Source: Burkholderiales bacterium (GTDB lineage Bacteria; Pseudomonadota; Gammaproteobacteria; Burkholderiales; JAHFRG01). From it: DNA of 49,276 bases. Both the position numbers and the translations under genes were made by a program. This document shows positions 1 to 12,243 of the stretch, in pieces. Numbering within the stretch: position 1 is the stretch's first letter; every line of letters begins with the position of its first letter. A model generated the notes under the pieces. It was not told where the DNA came from and did no database searches. It worked only from the letters and a program-made list of their open reading frames with translations. The stretch covers positions 1-49,276 of the forward strand of contig DATHDD010000047.1 in NCBI GenBank assembly GCA_035319205.1, given 5' to 3'.

Positions 1-1028
1 TTTTTGCTCTGTTGCTCGAGATTTTGGATTTTTCTTGCCAATTCGTGCAAGTGGCGCAGGTGCACAGCGTTCTTTAGCCATTCATGGTGTGGCTCGGCCG
101 GATAGGCCGAAGTATATATGCCGGCTTTGGTAATTGTTTTGCCAACCCCGGTAGCTCCTGAAATGGTCACGTTATCGGCGATTTGCAAATGCCCGCTTAT
201 CATCGCTGCGCCGCCAATTCTACAGTAGCGGCCGATTTTTGTACTGCCGGCAATGCCCACGCAGCCTGCAATTGCTGTATGCGCCCCGATGCGTACGTTG
301 TGTCCTATCTGTATAAGATTATCCAGCTTTACTCCGTCTTCAATCACCGTGTCCCCCATCGCGCCGCGGTCCACGGTAGTATTGGCGCCGATTTCTACAT
401 CATTGCCGATGATCACCCTGCCGATTTGTGGAATCTTCAGCCAACGCCCCTCGTCCATGGCTATGCCGAACCCATCAGAGCCGATCACCACTCCGGAATG
501 TAAGAAAACCCTGTCACCGATCACGCAGTCGCGATAGATCACCACGCGCGGATGGAGAAAACTCGCCTCCCCTATCTTCACACCATCGCCCAGGCAACAG
601 CCGGGGCCTATTACCGTGCGCTCACCCAGCATCACATTTTCACCAATGTACGCATGGGCACCGATGGTTGCCGAAGCGGGTACTTGCGCACTCGCTGCAA
701 TCGCAGCGCTGGGATGGATTCCGGGCGGTGGTGTTTTTTCCGGATTGAGAAAAGCAGAAACCTTGGCGAAATAAACGTATGGATCGTCGCAGACGATGCG
801 CGGCAGCGAGGTCATATTGCGCGACTCGCGGCCGACAATCACTGCTCCAGCCTTGGTTTGTTCCAGCTGGCTGCGGTATTTGGGTTGAGAAAGGAAAGAC
901 AGATGGCTAGGTTGAGCGAGGTCCAACGGGGCAACTTGAGTAATCGAAATATTCCCGTCGCCGATGAGTTCACCACCGAAGCGCGCGGCGATGCTGCCTA
1001 AGCTGTGGCTCCTTTCTCGTGAGGGCAT
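1..1028 (-). CDS. lpxD: UDP-3-O-(3-hydroxyacyl)glucosamine N-acyltransferase LpxD, 3' end cut by the window edge
   Basis: My own reverse-strand translation from ATG 1028 gives [25 protein letters not shown]..., then a long run of hexapeptide (left-handed beta-helix) repeats, and stays open to position 1. It is absent from the ORF track because no stop lies in the window. It sits downstream of skp, as in the conserved bamA-skp-lpxD cluster. Confidence 0.9.
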   Translation of the reverse strand, partial: MPSRERSHSLGSIAARFGGELIGDGNISITQVAPLDLAQPSHLSFLSQPKYRSQLEQTKAGAVIVGRESRNMTSLPRIVCDDPYVYFAKVSAFLNPEKTPPPGIHPSAAIAASAQVPASATIGAHAYIGENVMLGERTVIGPGCCLGDGVKIGEASFLHPRVVIYRDCVIGDRVFLHSGVVIGSDGFGIAMDEGRWLKIPQIGRVIIGNDVEIGANTTVDRGAMGDTVIEDGVKLDNLIQIGHNVRIGAHTAIAGCVGIAGSTKIGRYCRIGGAAMISGHLQIADNVTISGATGVGKTITKAGIYTSAYPAEPHHEWLKNAVHLRHLHELARKIQNLEQQSK

Positions 1029-1045
1029 CAATCAAAGGGTGCTGT

Positions 1046-1558
1046 TCATTTGACGGGCATATCAGCCAGCGCTTTAATAACCTTGTCTGTTATATCTACC
1101 CGGGGGCTGATGTATACTGCATCCTGCAAAATCAGGTCGAATTTTTCTGCTGTGGCAATTTCCTGTACTACCTTGTTGGCTCGCTCAAATACGGATGCCA
1201 GTTCCTCGTTCCTGCGCAGATTCGCGTCCTCCCTGAATTCCCGCTGCATACGCTGAAAATCAAGGTTCAGCCTGGCTAGTTCTTGCTCCTTGGTGCGCCG
1301 CTCGGATTCGCTCAAGGTCACGTTATCCTTTTCCAGAGTCGTCTGAAGGTCTTTTATTTGCTTACTGACCTTCTGTATCTCCTGTTCACGCGCGGCGAAT
1401 TCTTTTTCTAGTTTCTTTTGGGCTTTGATTGCCGGAGCAGCTTCTCGCAGAACCCGTTCAAGATTCACCACGCCGATTTTGATCTGGTCGGCAGCTTCGG
1501 CATTGATAGCGGCTATTGCCAATGCTGCGGCAGCCAGTGCGAAATGTATACTTTTCAA
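1046..1558 (-). CDS. skp: periplasmic chaperone Skp (OmpH family)
   Basis: 170 aa with a TTG start at 1558 and AAGGAG about 7 nt upstream. It has a signal peptide (..AINAEA/AD) followed by a Lys/Glu-rich coiled coil, and lies between bamA and lpxD. Confidence 0.85.
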   Translation of the reverse strand: MKSIHFALAAAALAIAAINAEAADQIKIGVVNLERVLREAAPAIKAQKKLEKEFAAREQEIQKVSKQIKDLQTTLEKDNVTLSESERRTKEQELARLNLDFQRMQREFREDANLRRNEELASVFERANKVVQEIATAEKFDLILQDAVYISPRVDITDKVIKALADMPVK

Positions 1559-1581
1559 CTTATATCTCCTTACTGTCGATC

Positions 1582-3849
1582 CTAGAACGACGTTCCAAAC
1601 GTAAACTGGAAATGCTGTATTTTATCACCACTAAACTTAATAAGTGGCTCCGCAATGCTGACTTTAAGCGGCCCGAAAGGCGAGCTCCATGAAACGTCAA
1701 ATCCGGTCGAGACACGCAGGGAACTGAAATTCCATGTATCAGCTACGGTGCCCGTATCGACAAACGTGCCCAGCCGCAGCGCCTTAAACTCAGTAAAGAA
1801 AGGCATAGGGAACAAAACTTCGGTACTTCCTACTATACGCCGGGTACCGCCCAGCGCGTTGCCGTTGATGTCTTTAGGACCGATAGAGTTGGTATCAAAT
1901 CCGCGCACTGAGGTGCTGCCACCAACAAAGAAGTTCTTGTAAAACGGCAACGACTGGCCGCTATAACCGTCGCCCATACCCAGTTCCCCGTCAAGCAACA
2001 GCGTAAAATACTTGCTGATAGGGTAATAATACTGCTGCTGATAGTTAAGTTTATAATATTTCAGTTCTGCCGCCGGCAGGCCGATTTCAGCTCCGAGCTT
2101 AAGCAAAGTACCGCTCGTGGTTTGAATCCTGCTATCAAGCGAGTCATGTGCAAAGCCGAGGCTTCCCAGAAGAGTGGTGGTATTGGTGCCAAATTCATTG
2201 ACAAAATCAATATATTGTTGCGGGCTGGTTGGGAAAACCTCGGTATTGGTTGACTCGTAACCCAGGCCGTAATTGATGGAGTCATTCTCACTTATGGGCA
2301 AGCCGAAGCGAAGTCCCCCGCCCCACGTTGAAGTCCGGAATGGGGAAACGGAAAGCGACAGCGGGTCAACATTGCGCTTGTAAATATCATAACCAAGACT
2401 CACTCCGTCTATTGTGAAATAAGGGTCGGTAAAAGAAAGCGAATACACCTTGTTTACCTTGCCGCTGTTGACCGCCGCCGAAACAAAATTGCCAGAACCA
2501 AATATGTTGTTTTGCGACACCGACGCGCTGAGGATGATGCCTTCGGCGCTGGAATAACCCACGCCCAGCGTTACGTTACCTGTCGCTTTTTCTTTGACGC
2601 TGTAATTCACATCCACTTGGTCAGTGGTGCCGGGTACTGCCGGCGTTTCCACATTCACATCCTCAAAATAACCCAGCTTGTCAATACGCTGTTTGGAACG
2701 GTTGATCTGCTCTGCGTTATACCAGCCACCCTCAAGCTGCCTCATCTCGCGGCGTATCACTTCATCACGAGTGCGGGTGTTCCCGGAAACATTAATTCGG
2801 TGCACGTAAACTCTGCGTCCCGGGTCAATAAAAAAAGTAAAAGCGACTTGGCGTTTAGCTTTGTTGAGGTCGGGTACTGCGTTGACGTTTGCAAAAGCAT
2901 AGCCATCATTGCCCAGTCTATCGGAAATCAATTTGGAAGACTCGGTAAGTTTTTCGCGCGAGAACACTTCACCGGGTTTAATTTTGATAAGTTTGCGCAG
3001 TTCATTTTCAGGCAGCAGCAACTCCCCCGCTAGCTTGATTTCAGATATCGTGAACTTGGGACCTTCAGTAATCGTGATGGTGATGTATATATCGGTTTTG
3101 CTCGGTGTAATCGAAACCTGGGTGGAATCAACATTGAACTCGATGTAACCGCGGTCGAGATAGAATGAACGCAGGGTTTCAATGTCGGCGGAAAGTTTTT
3201 GCTTGGAGTATTGATCGTTCTTGGTAAAAAAAGTAAACCAGCCGGGTGTGGTCAGTGTAAACAAATCAAGCAGCTCTTTTTCCTTGAATGCGTGGTTGCC
3301 GACGATATTGATTTGCCTGATTTTGGCAACCTCTCCCTCGGATATGTTGAAGGTGATTGCCACGCGGTTGCGCTCCAAAGGGGTTACTGTGGTGGTGACA
3401 GTTGCGGCATATCTGCCGCGGGCGATGTACTGGCGCTTCAATTCTTGTTCGGCTTTGTCGAGCAGCGCCTTGTCAAAAATCCTCGACTCGGCAAGGCCGA
3501 CCTGTTTCAAACCTTTTTTCAGGTCCTCACTGCTGATATCCCTGGCGCCGATGATGTCAATCTGTGAAATTGCCGGGCGTTCTTCCACAATAACGATCAG
3601 CACGTTGTTTTCCACTTCCAGCCGTACGTCCTTGAAAAAGCCGGTCGCGAACAGCGACTTGATGGTGGCTGCAGCTTTCTCATCGTTCATCATGTCGCCC
3701 ACCTTCACCGGCAGGTAGCTGAATACCGTGCCGGCCTCGGTGCGCTGTATGCCTTCCACCTTGATATCCTTGATTACGAAAGGCTCTATCGCCAGCGCAG
3801 TTGCGGTGTAGAAACACAGCAACAGGGCCACCAGGTAAATTATCTTCAT
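1582..3849 (-). CDS. bamA: outer membrane protein assembly factor BamA
   Basis: 755 aa with a signal peptide, POTRA-type repeats and a C-terminal barrel containing VRGF and ending ..FQFTFGTSF. Confidence 0.95.
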   Translation of the reverse strand: MKIIYLVALLLCFYTATALAIEPFVIKDIKVEGIQRTEAGTVFSYLPVKVGDMMNDEKAAATIKSLFATGFFKDVRLEVENNVLIVIVEERPAISQIDIIGARDISSEDLKKGLKQVGLAESRIFDKALLDKAEQELKRQYIARGRYAATVTTTVTPLERNRVAITFNISEGEVAKIRQINIVGNHAFKEKELLDLFTLTTPGWFTFFTKNDQYSKQKLSADIETLRSFYLDRGYIEFNVDSTQVSITPSKTDIYITITITEGPKFTISEIKLAGELLLPENELRKLIKIKPGEVFSREKLTESSKLISDRLGNDGYAFANVNAVPDLNKAKRQVAFTFFIDPGRRVYVHRINVSGNTRTRDEVIRREMRQLEGGWYNAEQINRSKQRIDKLGYFEDVNVETPAVPGTTDQVDVNYSVKEKATGNVTLGVGYSSAEGIILSASVSQNNIFGSGNFVSAAVNSGKVNKVYSLSFTDPYFTIDGVSLGYDIYKRNVDPLSLSVSPFRTSTWGGGLRFGLPISENDSINYGLGYESTNTEVFPTSPQQYIDFVNEFGTNTTTLLGSLGFAHDSLDSRIQTTSGTLLKLGAEIGLPAAELKYYKLNYQQQYYYPISKYFTLLLDGELGMGDGYSGQSLPFYKNFFVGGSTSVRGFDTNSIGPKDINGNALGGTRRIVGSTEVLFPMPFFTEFKALRLGTFVDTGTVADTWNFSSLRVSTGFDVSWSSPFGPLKVSIAEPLIKFSGDKIQHFQFTFGTSF

Positions 3850-3854
3850 TAGTA

Positions 3855-5219
3855 TTAACCGGTAATGAGGCGATTGATGTCATTGTAAATGGCGAAAGCC
3901 ATCAATATAAACAGCAATGCAATGCCGACATGTTGGCCGATTTGGAGGGCTTTTTCAGAAACCGGTTTCCCCTTGATAATTTCCACCAGGTAATACATCA
4001 AGTGTCCGCCATCCAGCATCGGAACCGGCAATAAGTTCAGCACGCCGAGGCTGATACTGATTAAAGCAAGGAAACTCAAATAAGCCTGCCAGCCTACTTG
4101 AGCGGACTGACCAGCGTAATCAGCAATAGTAATCGGCCCGCTAATGTTTTTCCAGGAAATCTCCCCCATCAGCATTTTGCCCAGCATTTTCAGGCTGAAC
4201 ATCGAGGTTTCCCAAGTTTTATTCAGCGACTTTGACAAGGCCGGTCCGATCGGATAGCGCTCCTCTGTAAGCAACCGTTGCAGCGCTGCGCGGTCAATTT
4301 TTGGCGCGGCGCCGATTCTTCCTATTTTTTCGCCATTGTCCTGAACCGTCTCAGGTGTGAGCGAAATTCTCATATTTTGCTTACCGCGCATGATCTCAAA
4401 CTCAAGAATCTGGGAGGGATGACTTCGCACTTGTTGCACCACATTGTCCCAGTGAGCCACCTTTATGCCATTGATCGCCAGAATTTCGTCGTCCGGCATT
4501 AGGCCTGCGCGCTCGCCCGGCCCGCCCGTCACAAGTTTCCCAATAACGGGCTCCACTTGAGGCTGATAGCGGCTTAAGCCGACCACTTTCATGAAATCGC
4601 CATCGAGGTCGGAAACAGTCAATCCGCTCAAATCCAGCTTGTGCCAGGCAATTTCGCCGCGCGGGTTTCTGACCTCGACGTTCACCACCGACTTTTGCAC
4701 AGCATGCTGTAACAGTATCCAGCGCACATCCTGCCAGGTGGCGGTGGCTTCACCATTGATATTAACGATGGTCTCTTCCACCTTGAACCCGGCGACTCCA
4801 GCAGGAGTCGCCGCAGGCGCCGGGCCGATGATCGGCTTTATTCCCGGCACGCCATACGCGAACAAGGCCCAATACAGCAGTACCGCCAGCAGAAAATTTG
4901 CCAGGGGTCCAGCCAGTACAATGGCGAAGCGACGGTGAACCGGCTGCCGGTTAAACGCACGAGGTACATCTTTTGGCGCCACGTCACCTTCGTGCTCGTC
5001 GACCATTTTTACATAACCGCCAAAAGGAAATGCCGCCAGCACCCATTCCGTGCCATCCTTGACAAAACGCCGCTTCCAAAGCGGTTTGCCAAAACCAATC
5101 GAGAAGCGCAGCACTTTCACACCGCACAGACGCGCTGCCCAGTAGTGCCCCAATTCATGAAATACGATGAGCAAACCAAGGGCAAGGGCAAATGCAGCCA
5201 AAGTAAAAAGCAGATTCAT
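3855..5219 (-). CDS. rseP: RIP zinc metalloprotease RseP
   Basis: 454 aa with the HELGH motif in the first TM segment ([11 protein letters not shown]), a PDZ-like middle region and the C-terminal [11 protein letters not shown] motif. Confidence 0.93.
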   Translation of the reverse strand: MNLLFTLAAFALALGLLIVFHELGHYWAARLCGVKVLRFSIGFGKPLWKRRFVKDGTEWVLAAFPFGGYVKMVDEHEGDVAPKDVPRAFNRQPVHRRFAIVLAGPLANFLLAVLLYWALFAYGVPGIKPIIGPAPAATPAGVAGFKVEETIVNINGEATATWQDVRWILLQHAVQKSVVNVEVRNPRGEIAWHKLDLSGLTVSDLDGDFMKVVGLSRYQPQVEPVIGKLVTGGPGERAGLMPDDEILAINGIKVAHWDNVVQQVRSHPSQILEFEIMRGKQNMRISLTPETVQDNGEKIGRIGAAPKIDRAALQRLLTEERYPIGPALSKSLNKTWETSMFSLKMLGKMLMGEISWKNISGPITIADYAGQSAQVGWQAYLSFLALISISLGVLNLLPVPMLDGGHLMYYLVEIIKGKPVSEKALQIGQHVGIALLFILMAFAIYNDINRLITG

Positions 5220-5257
5220 AGATTAGGCCAAGGTAACAGCTTATAAATGCGCCAGGA

Positions 5258-6463
5258 TTACCGTATGGCCCTGGCAGCAAACTCGGGTTGCAAGGCGGCG
5301 AGCCACTCTTCGGCGGCAACGCGCGCCACGCGGTCCGCTTCCAATACATCCTCAAGACAGGTGATGGAATTCACACTCGTCTTTTCCAGCACCGCCTCAA
5401 TCAACAACGGGATTTGCTTGTAAGGCATGCGTTCAGCAAGGAAGCTGGCGACTGCGACTTCGTTTGCCGCATTTAGAATAGCGGGTGCCGCCTCCCCGCG
5501 CTGCAAAGCCTGGTAAGCAAGTCGCAAACATGGAAAGCGCTTTAAATCCGGTTCCTGGAAACTGAGCGTACTGACTTTAAACAAATCCAATGATTCGACT
5601 CCTGCCTCAATCCTTTCCGGGTAAGCCAAGGCATACGCAATCGGGGTACGCATATCGGGATTGCCGAGTTGTGCGATTACCGAACCATCATGGTACTCGA
5701 CCAAGGAATGAATCACGCTTTGCGGGTGAATCACAACTTGAATCTGATCCTCGCGCGCATTGAACAACCAACGTGCCTCAATGACTTCCAGGCCTTTGTT
5801 CATCATGGTTGCAGAATCTACGGATATTTTGCGCCCCATAACCCAGTTCGGGTGGGCGCAGGCTTGATCCGGCGTAATGTTTTCAAGCTCGCTGAGCGGA
5901 GTGAAACAGAAAGGGCCGCCTGAAGCGGTGAGCAGGATGCGCTTTACTCCTACCGCCGCGAGATCGCCGCTGAAATTGCGCGGCAATGCCTGGAAAACGG
6001 CATTGTGTTCACTGTCCACCGGCAGTAACGTAGCATGGTTTTGCCTTACCGCTTCCATGAAAAGACTTCCCGACATCACCAGCGCTTCCTTGTTTGCCAG
6101 CATCACGCGTTTGCCGGCTTTGGCTGCAGCAAGCGTCGGACGCAAACCGGCGGCACCCACAATTGCCGCCATGACGCCGTCCACTTCGGGCAGGGTTGCG
6201 ACTTTTTCCAGAGCTTCCACGCCTTGCAGCACCTTTGTGACAAGGCCCGCTTTTTTCATCATGCCCCGCAGCTGCTCGGCGCAGCTTTCATCGCGCAGCA
6301 CCGCGTAATGGGGGGCAAAGCGCCGGCATTGTTCGAATAGTTTCTCAACTTTGTTTCCGGCTGTAAGAGCCACAACCTTGAAACGGCCGGGATGACGTGC
6401 AATCACGTCCAGTGTATTGACACCGATACTGCCGGTGGAGCCGAGTATCGTAATGTTTTGCAT
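5258..6463 (-). CDS. dxr: 1-deoxy-D-xylulose 5-phosphate reductoisomerase
   Basis: 401 aa with N-terminal [14 protein letters not shown]-binding motif. Full-length Dxr-like sequence in the conserved position upstream of rseP. Confidence 0.95.
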   Translation of the reverse strand: MQNITILGSTGSIGVNTLDVIARHPGRFKVVALTAGNKVEKLFEQCRRFAPHYAVLRDESCAEQLRGMMKKAGLVTKVLQGVEALEKVATLPEVDGVMAAIVGAAGLRPTLAAAKAGKRVMLANKEALVMSGSLFMEAVRQNHATLLPVDSEHNAVFQALPRNFSGDLAAVGVKRILLTASGGPFCFTPLSELENITPDQACAHPNWVMGRKISVDSATMMNKGLEVIEARWLFNAREDQIQVVIHPQSVIHSLVEYHDGSVIAQLGNPDMRTPIAYALAYPERIEAGVESLDLFKVSTLSFQEPDLKRFPCLRLAYQALQRGEAAPAILNAANEVAVASFLAERMPYKQIPLLIEAVLEKTSVNSITCLEDVLEADRVARVAAEEWLAALQPEFAARAIR

Positions 6464-6472
6464 GCTGCGTTT

Positions 6473-7306
6473 TTAAGTGCTGTAAAATATAAAAAAAGCC
6501 ATCACGGGCAAGGTGGAAATCAAGCCATCTATGCGGTCCAACACCCCTCCATGCCCCGGCAAAATAGTTCCGCTGTCCTTTACTCCGGCCTGCCTTTTGA
6601 ATAGAGATTCAAACAGATCTCCCACGATACTCAAGCCGGCGATAAACCAGTGTGCGGCAAGCAATAGGTACCCAGGGATCACCTTGCCGCTTAACGCACT
6701 GACATTATGATTGCCGCTGAACAGGATAATGACAATAGCGTACGCGCTAACCGCAAAAAAAGCGCCGTATATGCCTTCCAGAGTTTTGCCGGGGCTGATT
6801 TCAGGAGCAAGCTTGCGCTTGCCGAACTTTCTGCCGCAAAAATATGCCGCTGTGTCCGCCACCCAGACTACTGAAAGCAGCCACAAGATTAACAATGCTG
6901 CGATTTCGCGCAGCTGCACCAGTGCAAGCCACGCGGTGACCAGCACCAATAAGCCGCTCAACGCAAGCCATGATTTATTCAGGCGCCATTTGTAGATAAG
7001 CCATAGGGGCGCGGCCAGCAGCCAAAACGCCAGGGACACGGCATAAATGGCAAGACTCAAGTCGTCAGCCGGAGCCTTGTCAAAAAGCCTTAGCACAGGA
7101 ACCAAAACCGAGCAGCAAGCAATCACCGCAATTACAAACAGCAATTCGGCAGACCTCCGCATCTGCGCCAGCCGCGCCCACTCTTTTGCAGCATATGCGG
7201 TTACCAGCAAAGCCAGCAGCGCCCAGCCTTGGACCGGCAAATAAAACAACGCGGCTAGAAACGGCGGCAGCAGCAGCAGTACGGTGATGACGCGGGTTTT
7301 AAGCAT
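6473..7306 (-). CDS. cdsA: phosphatidate cytidylyltransferase (CDP-diglyceride synthase)
   Basis: Multi-TM protein with the signature [29 protein letters not shown] placed the start at ATG 7306 ([12 protein letters not shown]..), which overlaps the uppS stop in ATGCTTAA. The longer track ORF to 7402 would overlap uppS by about 100 nt. Confidence 0.88.
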   Translation of the reverse strand: MLKTRVITVLLLLPPFLAALFYLPVQGWALLALLVTAYAAKEWARLAQMRRSAELLFVIAVIACCSVLVPVLRLFDKAPADDLSLAIYAVSLAFWLLAAPLWLIYKWRLNKSWLALSGLLVLVTAWLALVQLREIAALLILWLLSVVWVADTAAYFCGRKFGKRKLAPEISPGKTLEGIYGAFFAVSAYAIVIILFSGNHNVSALSGKVIPGYLLLAAHWFIAGLSIVGDLFESLFKRQAGVKDSGTILPGHGGVLDRIDGLISTLPVMAFFIFYST

Positions 7307-8120
7307 TTTGCTTGGCGCGCCGCAGCGGTTTGGCCGGGGCCACCGTATCAGTTTTTGCTGAGGGTGACGGTGCCTTTTCGAGCTGCTCACTGGTGCGGCC
7401 AAAGCGTCGTTCGCGTTGCTGGTAGGACAATATAGCCAGATTCAGGGATTGCGAATTGAAATCAGGCCATAGAGCTTCGGTAAAATACATTTCGGTATAA
7501 GCCATCTGCCACAGCAGGAAATTACTGATGCGCTGCTCTCCTCCGGTGCGAATGAAAAGATCCGGCTCGGGCGCGTGATGCATTGCCAGGTAAGGCGCAA
7601 GATCGTCTTCATTGAAGCCCTTCACAAGTCCCGGGCGATCCAGGAGCATGCGCTGCACTGCCTGCATGATGTCCCAGCGACCTCCATAGTTGGCGGCTAT
7701 GGTCAGCGTGAGCCGGGTATTGTTGGCGGTCAGCGTTTCAGCTTCGCGGATCAATTTAACAAGCCGCGGCTCGAAACGATTGATGTCACCCACTACTTTG
7801 AAACGGATATTGTTTTCATGCAGCTTGGCAACTTCCTGTTCCAGCGCCAGCATGAACAATTGCATCAGCACTGATATTTCCTCCTGAGGTCGGCGCCAGT
7901 TTTCGCTGCTGAACGCGAACAACGTGAGGAACTCAACACCCCGTTCAATACAGGCCTTGATGACTTCTTTCACTGCTTCAACTCCGCGCTTGTGACCAGC
8001 TACGCGAGGCAGGAAACGCTGCTTGGCCCATCTGCCATTTCCATCCATGATGATGGCGATATGGCGCGGAATTCTACCGGTTTGCGGAATTTCCTTGGTT
8101 GAGTTGGGGAATAAGCTCAT
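7299..8120 (-). CDS. uppS: di-trans,poly-cis-undecaprenyl-diphosphate synthase
   Basis: 273 aa with the [10 protein letters not shown] motif and the C-terminal ..RERRFG motif, plus a roughly 30-aa charged tail. Confidence 0.94.
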   Translation of the reverse strand: MSLFPNSTKEIPQTGRIPRHIAIIMDGNGRWAKQRFLPRVAGHKRGVEAVKEVIKACIERGVEFLTLFAFSSENWRRPQEEISVLMQLFMLALEQEVAKLHENNIRFKVVGDINRFEPRLVKLIREAETLTANNTRLTLTIAANYGGRWDIMQAVQRMLLDRPGLVKGFNEDDLAPYLAMHHAPEPDLFIRTGGEQRISNFLLWQMAYTEMYFTEALWPDFNSQSLNLAILSYQQRERRFGRTSEQLEKAPSPSAKTDTVAPAKPLRRAKQNA

Positions 8121-8123
8121 TGG

Positions 8124-8681
8124 CTATACTACAATCAAGTCGGCTTCTTTGGTTTGCAGCGCCTTGTCGATTTCGGAAATGAAACGGTCGGTGAGTTTCT
8201 GTATCTCGTCTTGTGAGCGCCGCTCCTGGTCTTCGGAAATGGTTTTTTGCTTGAGTAGTTCCTTCAGAGTATTGTTGGCATCGCGTCGGATATTGCGCAC
8301 CGCTACCCGCGCATTTTCAGCTTCATGCTTTACCACTTTTATCAGGTCCCTGCGGCGTTCCTCGGTGAGCGGTGGCATCGGCACGCGTATTACGTCCCCC
8401 GCCGTCGCTGGATTGAGGCCGAGATTGGACTCACGGATAGCTTTTTCAATGACGCTCACCATTTTTTTTTCCCATGGGTGGACGCTGACGGTGCGAGGAT
8501 CGAGCAGGGTTACGTTGGCTACTTGGTTGATCGGCATCTGCGTTCCGTAGTAATCCACCAATACATGGTCGAGAATGCCGGGATGAGCGCGCCCGGTCCG
8601 CACCTTGCCAAGATCTGCCTTAAGAGTCTCCAGGGTCTTGTGCATTTTCTGCTCTGCTGATTTCTTCACTTCTGCAGTCAT
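8124..8681 (-). CDS. frr: ribosome recycling factor
   Basis: 185 aa, full-length RRF-like sequence, in the pyrH-frr-uppS order. Confidence 0.95.
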   Translation of the reverse strand: MTAEVKKSAEQKMHKTLETLKADLGKVRTGRAHPGILDHVLVDYYGTQMPINQVANVTLLDPRTVSVHPWEKKMVSVIEKAIRESNLGLNPATAGDVIRVPMPPLTEERRRDLIKVVKHEAENARVAVRNIRRDANNTLKELLKQKTISEDQERRSQDEIQKLTDRFISEIDKALQTKEADLIVV

Positions 8682-8727
8682 GCTGAATCCTTGTTGTCGT
8701 TGCTAAGATTATATCCCAGCTTGACAA

Positions 8728-9450
8728 TCAACAGTGCACCAATGTCCCTTCGTCTTCCCCTTGTACCACGCGCTTTAACGCAAAGGGTTTTAAAATGCTG
8801 AATATGTTGATGGGAAGTTTCTGATCGCGGCACAAGGTTAACGCGGTAGCGTCCATTACTTTTAAATTCTTGATGATGGCCTCGTCAAATGAAAGTTTCT
8901 GATAGCGCATGGCATCGGAATGCGCCTTGGGATCCTCGGTGTAAACACCGTCCACCTTGGTTGCTTTCAGCACGATGTCTACATTCATTTCCATTCCTCT
9001 CAATGCTGCGGCTGTATCAGTGGTGAAAAACGGATTACCGGTACCTGCGGCAAATATCACCACTTTTCCTTCTTCCAGATAGCGTATCGCCTTGCCGCGG
9101 ATATAAGGTTCAACCACCTGTTCAATGTTGAGTGCCGATTGCACACGGCCGCTGAGTCCCGCTTGACGCATTACATCCTGCAACGCTAGCGCATTAATGA
9201 CGGTGGCGAGCATACCCATGTAATCCGCGGTGGCGCGATCCATGCCGGATGCGCCAAGAGCGACACCGCGAAAAATATTTCCTCCCCCAATTACCACCGC
9301 GACCTGTACCCCGAGTTTCACCACCTCATTGATTTCCGAAACAATGCGCTCCAGGGTAGCGCGGTTGATGCCGTAACGGTCGTCCCCCATCAACGCTTCT
9401 CCGCTGAGTTTCAGCAGAATGCGCCTGTATGCCGGAGCAGACATGATCAC
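8728..9450 (-). CDS. pyrH: UMP kinase
   Basis: 240 aa with [10 protein letters not shown] and the glycine-rich [10 protein letters not shown] motif. The GTG start at 9450 overlaps the tsf stop (GTGA). An alternative ATG lies at 9444. Confidence 0.94.
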   Translation of the reverse strand: MIMSAPAYRRILLKLSGEALMGDDRYGINRATLERIVSEINEVVKLGVQVAVVIGGGNIFRGVALGASGMDRATADYMGMLATVINALALQDVMRQAGLSGRVQSALNIEQVVEPYIRGKAIRYLEEGKVVIFAAGTGNPFFTTDTAAALRGMEMNVDIVLKATKVDGVYTEDPKAHSDAMRYQKLSFDEAIIKNLKVMDATALTLCRDQKLPINIFSILKPFALKRVVQGEDEGTLVHC

Positions 9451-10328
9451 GACCGCCCGACTTGCGCCATTACTTCGGTGGCAAAATCACTGTTTTTCTT
9501 TTTAATTCCCTCGCCCATCACAAAGAGATGAAATGCATTGACCTTGGCATTTTTGACCGACAGCAGCTTCTCCACAGTTTGCTCGGGATCTTTGACAAAA
9601 GGCTGGCCGAGTAATGTTATTTCAGCAAGATATTTAGCGATCTTGCCATCCACCATTTTCTCTACGATGTTTACGGGTTTCCCTGACTCGGCTGCTTGAG
9701 CATTGTAGATTTCACGTTCTTTTGCGATTACCTCGGCTGGTACTTGTTGTTTGGATACGCAAAGCGGCTTGCTCGCGGCAATATGCATCGCCAAGTCCTT
9801 GCCTAGAACCTCATCCCCACCCTGGTACTCCACCAGCACACCAATCTTGTTGCCATGCAAATAGGATGCTATTTGCCCCGTGGTTTGTATACGGGAGAAG
9901 CGGCGAACGTTGATGTTTTCACCAAGCTTCATAACCAGCGCCTTGCGTTTGTCCTCTATTGTTTCTCCTGAATCGAGTTTGGTTTCCGCAAGCACATCAT
10001 CATTAGCCGGGTTGGTTTGCGCAATGCGCTGCGCCAGAGTTGCGACAAAATCCGTAAAATGGACGTCCCTGGCGACGAAATCGGTTTCGCAGTTTACTTC
10101 AACCAGCGCAGCAGTTTTGCCGCCGGGGCTCACATAGGCTCCAACTGCGCCTTCTGCTGCAATACGCCCGGCTACCTTGCTTGCTTTCGCCCCACTTTTG
10201 ATGCGGAGTAAATCTTCCGCTGCTTTCATGTCGCCGTTGGCTTCAGCGAGCGCCTTTTTACACTCCATCATGCCCAGGCCAGTTATTTCGCGTAATTCCT
10301 TCACCATGCTGGCGGTAATTTGCATCAT
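9447..10328 (-). CDS. tsf: translation elongation factor Ts
   Basis: 293 aa with the N-terminal UBA-like [24 protein letters not shown]. Downstream of rpsB. Confidence 0.95.
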   Translation of the reverse strand: MMQITASMVKELREITGLGMMECKKALAEANGDMKAAEDLLRIKSGAKASKVAGRIAAEGAVGAYVSPGGKTAALVEVNCETDFVARDVHFTDFVATLAQRIAQTNPANDDVLAETKLDSGETIEDKRKALVMKLGENINVRRFSRIQTTGQIASYLHGNKIGVLVEYQGGDEVLGKDLAMHIAASKPLCVSKQQVPAEVIAKEREIYNAQAAESGKPVNIVEKMVDGKIAKYLAEITLLGQPFVKDPEQTVEKLLSVKNAKVNAFHLFVMGEGIKKKNSDFATEVMAQVGRS

Positions 10329-10352
10329 GCTTTACTCCAACCCTACATTTCG

Positions 10353-10379
10353 AAAAAAAGGGGCTTGCGCCCCTTTTTT
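10353..10379 (-). terminator. intrinsic terminator/attenuator between rpsB and tsf
   Basis: On the minus strand it reads GGGGC-GCAA-GCCCC (GNRA loop) followed by U7 and flanked by an A run. It lies in the 58-nt rpsB-tsf spacer. Confidence 0.6.
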
Positions 10380-10386
10380 GTTTAAC

Positions 10387-11133
10387 TTATTGAGAGGAGC
10401 GCTCTTCTACTGATTCGAGTTCGACGAATTCGTCACTGACGATTTCGCGAATAATCTTGCTGCGGCCTTCCAGGATTGCGTCCGCCGCACCGCGCGCATA
10501 AAGACGGATAGCACGACTTGAATCATCGTTACCGGGTATCACGTAAGCCACGCTTTCAGGGTTGTGGTTGGTATCCACAATGCCAACCACCGGTATGCCG
10601 AGCTTGTTAGCTTCGGCCACCGCGCTTTTTTGATAGCCGATGTCAATCACAAATAGCGCATCTGGAAGACTGTTCATGTCCTTGATCCCGCCGAGACTGC
10701 GCTCAAGTTTCGCCATTTCTCTCTGGTAGCCTAGTGCTTCTTTCTTGGGCATCTTGTCAAGAGAGCCGTCCTGCACCATGTTTTCCATGTCTTTAAGGCG
10801 CTTGATGGATTGCTTGACGGTCTTGAAATTAGTCAGCATGCCGCCCAGCCAGCGGTAATCTACATAGGGCGCGCCGCAACGCAATGCCTCTTCCTTGATA
10901 ATTTCCCGCGCCTGGCGCTTGGTGCCGACAAATAATATCGTTCCTTTGTTGGCTGCAAGATCGCGCAAAAATTTGAGCGCCTCCTGGTACAACAGCAAGG
11001 ATTTTTCCAGATTGATGATGTGAATTTTGTTGCGATGGCCGAAGATATACGGGGCCATTTTCGGGTTCCAGTATCGGGTTTGATGCCCGAAATGAACTCC
11101 GGCTTCCAACATCTGCCGCATGGTAACTGACAT
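10387..11133 (-). CDS. rpsB: 30S ribosomal protein S2
   Basis: 248 aa starting [22 protein letters not shown], with AGGAGA 8 nt upstream of the ATG. Confidence 0.96.
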   Translation of the reverse strand: MSVTMRQMLEAGVHFGHQTRYWNPKMAPYIFGHRNKIHIINLEKSLLLYQEALKFLRDLAANKGTILFVGTKRQAREIIKEEALRCGAPYVDYRWLGGMLTNFKTVKQSIKRLKDMENMVQDGSLDKMPKKEALGYQREMAKLERSLGGIKDMNSLPDALFVIDIGYQKSAVAEANKLGIPVVGIVDTNHNPESVAYVIPGNDDSSRAIRLYARGAADAILEGRSKIIREIVSDEFVELESVEERSSQ

Positions 11134-11158
11134 GACACATTTCTCCTGTAAGGGTTAA

Positions 11159-11252
11159 GGAGCCTTTGATGATTAAGTCCTCAGAGGCTCCGGGCCTCCA
11201 CCCGCTTACATCATCACTCGTGAACGAGCACCCTGTACCTTAGCGGGTGTGG
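11159..11252 (-). promoter_or_regulatory. structured 5' leader of rpsB (nested hairpins)
   Basis: A 7-bp stem GGAGCCT/AGGCTCC (11159-11165 / 11185-11191) lies close to the SD. A second stem of 8 bp plus 1 (11198-11206 / 11242-11252) encloses a CTCG-tetraloop-CGAG hairpin (11217-11228). Confidence 0.4.
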
Positions 11253-11302
11253 GAATTTTCAGCTTGGCTGAAATATTGCTATTACAGCTAATCTAATTTT
11301 TA

Positions 11303-11332
11303 ATTATAACATTTTTAGTTTTTCAGGCTCAA
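11303..11332 (-). promoter_or_regulatory. candidate sigma70 promoter for rpsB-tsf (extended -10)
   Basis: The minus strand reads TTGAGC-18 nt-TATAAT with TG one base upstream of the -10 (TGtTATAAT). This would give a leader of about 160 nt. Confidence 0.4.
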
Positions 11333-11442
11333 GAACAATACACTACCGGTTATTCGGGCCCGGCCGTATTTGCCAGCATGGCGTCCAAATTGCCTTATTG
11401 GGCACGTTCCACTATTCTTGAAATTTTTAGCAAGAAACGAAC

Positions 11443-12237
11443 ATGGCGGTCAGCATCAAATCCCCGGATGAAATTGAAAAAATGCGTATTGCCGGAAGGC
11501 TCGCTGCCGAAGTGCTGGATTACATCGCTCCATTCGTCAAGCCGGGAACTACCACCGATGAGCTGGATCGCCTATGCCATGCTTACATGGTCAACGTGCA
11601 GAACACTGTTCCCGCCCCGCTCAATTACGCTCCTCCCGGTTACGCACCTTATCCACGATCCATCTGTACTTCGGTCAACCACGTGGTATGCCATGGCGTC
11701 CCGGGCGACAAAAAACTGAAATCCGGAGACATCGTCAATATCGACATCACGGTTATCAAGGACGGCTACCATGGAGATACCAGTCGCATGTTCTGCGTGG
11801 GTGAGCCTTCAATCCAGGCAAAAAGACTGTGCGAGGTTACCTATCAGTGCATGTGGCGGGGAATAGAAGCAGTCAAACCAGGCGCGCATCTAGGAGACGT
11901 CGGCTACGCCATTCAATTCCACGCCGAGAGTCACGGTTACAGCGTGGTACGTGAATTCTGCGGGCACGGCATAGGCCAGAATTTTCACGAGGAACCGCAA
12001 ATCCTGCACTACGGCAGGCCGGGAACGGGTTTGCCGCTGATACCGGGCATGACTTTCACAATCGAGCCCATGATCAATGCCGGGAAGCCCGGAATTCGCC
12101 AGCTGAATGATGGTTGGACCGTCGTTACCAAGGACCGCAGCCTGTCAGCGCAGTGGGAGCACACGGTATTAGTCACTGAAACTGGCTATGAGGTGTTGAC
12201 GTTATCGGAGGGCGCGCCCGCAAAGCCGGCGCATTAA
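11443..12237 (+). CDS. map: type I methionine aminopeptidase
   Basis: 264 aa starting MAVSIKSPDEIEKMRIAGRLAAEVL. Metal-ligand regions are conserved by eye. Divergent from rpsB as in many proteobacteria. Confidence 0.95.
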   Translation: MAVSIKSPDEIEKMRIAGRLAAEVLDYIAPFVKPGTTTDELDRLCHAYMVNVQNTVPAPLNYAPPGYAPYPRSICTSVNHVVCHGVPGDKKLKSGDIVNIDITVIKDGYHGDTSRMFCVGEPSIQAKRLCEVTYQCMWRGIEAVKPGAHLGDVGYAIQFHAESHGYSVVREFCGHGIGQNFHEEPQILHYGRPGTGLPLIPGMTFTIEPMINAGKPGIRQLNDGWTVVTKDRSLSAQWEHTVLVTETGYEVLTLSEGAPAKPAH

Positions 12238-12243
12238 CTGCTC

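Noticed and set aside
183-1001. Four overlapping plus-strand ORFs (94-149 aa) at the start of the window.
   Set aside because: They are antisense or alternate-frame shadows of the lpxD hexapeptide-repeat region. Their translations are Cys/His/Arg/Pro-rich nonsense, whereas the minus strand gives a continuous, clearly LpxD-like protein.
7307-7402. 32-codon N-terminal extension of cdsA in the ORF track.
   Set aside because: It overlaps uppS by about 100 nt and is a basic, non-membrane sequence. The internal ATG at 7306 gives the usual TM start and a classic ATGCTTAA stop/start overlap.
8462-8470. A9 run inside frr (GAA AAA AAA ATG).
   Set aside because: It lies in the middle of a single-domain essential protein, where a truncated product makes no sense. 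It is recorded only as a control showing that A9 tracts are tolerated in this genome, which weakens the dnaX argument.
10829-11140. Two same-strand alternate-frame ORFs (92 and 103 aa) inside rpsB.
   Set aside because: They are fully nested in the strongly supported S2 frame and have Arg/Cys/Ser-rich composition typical of off-frame reading.
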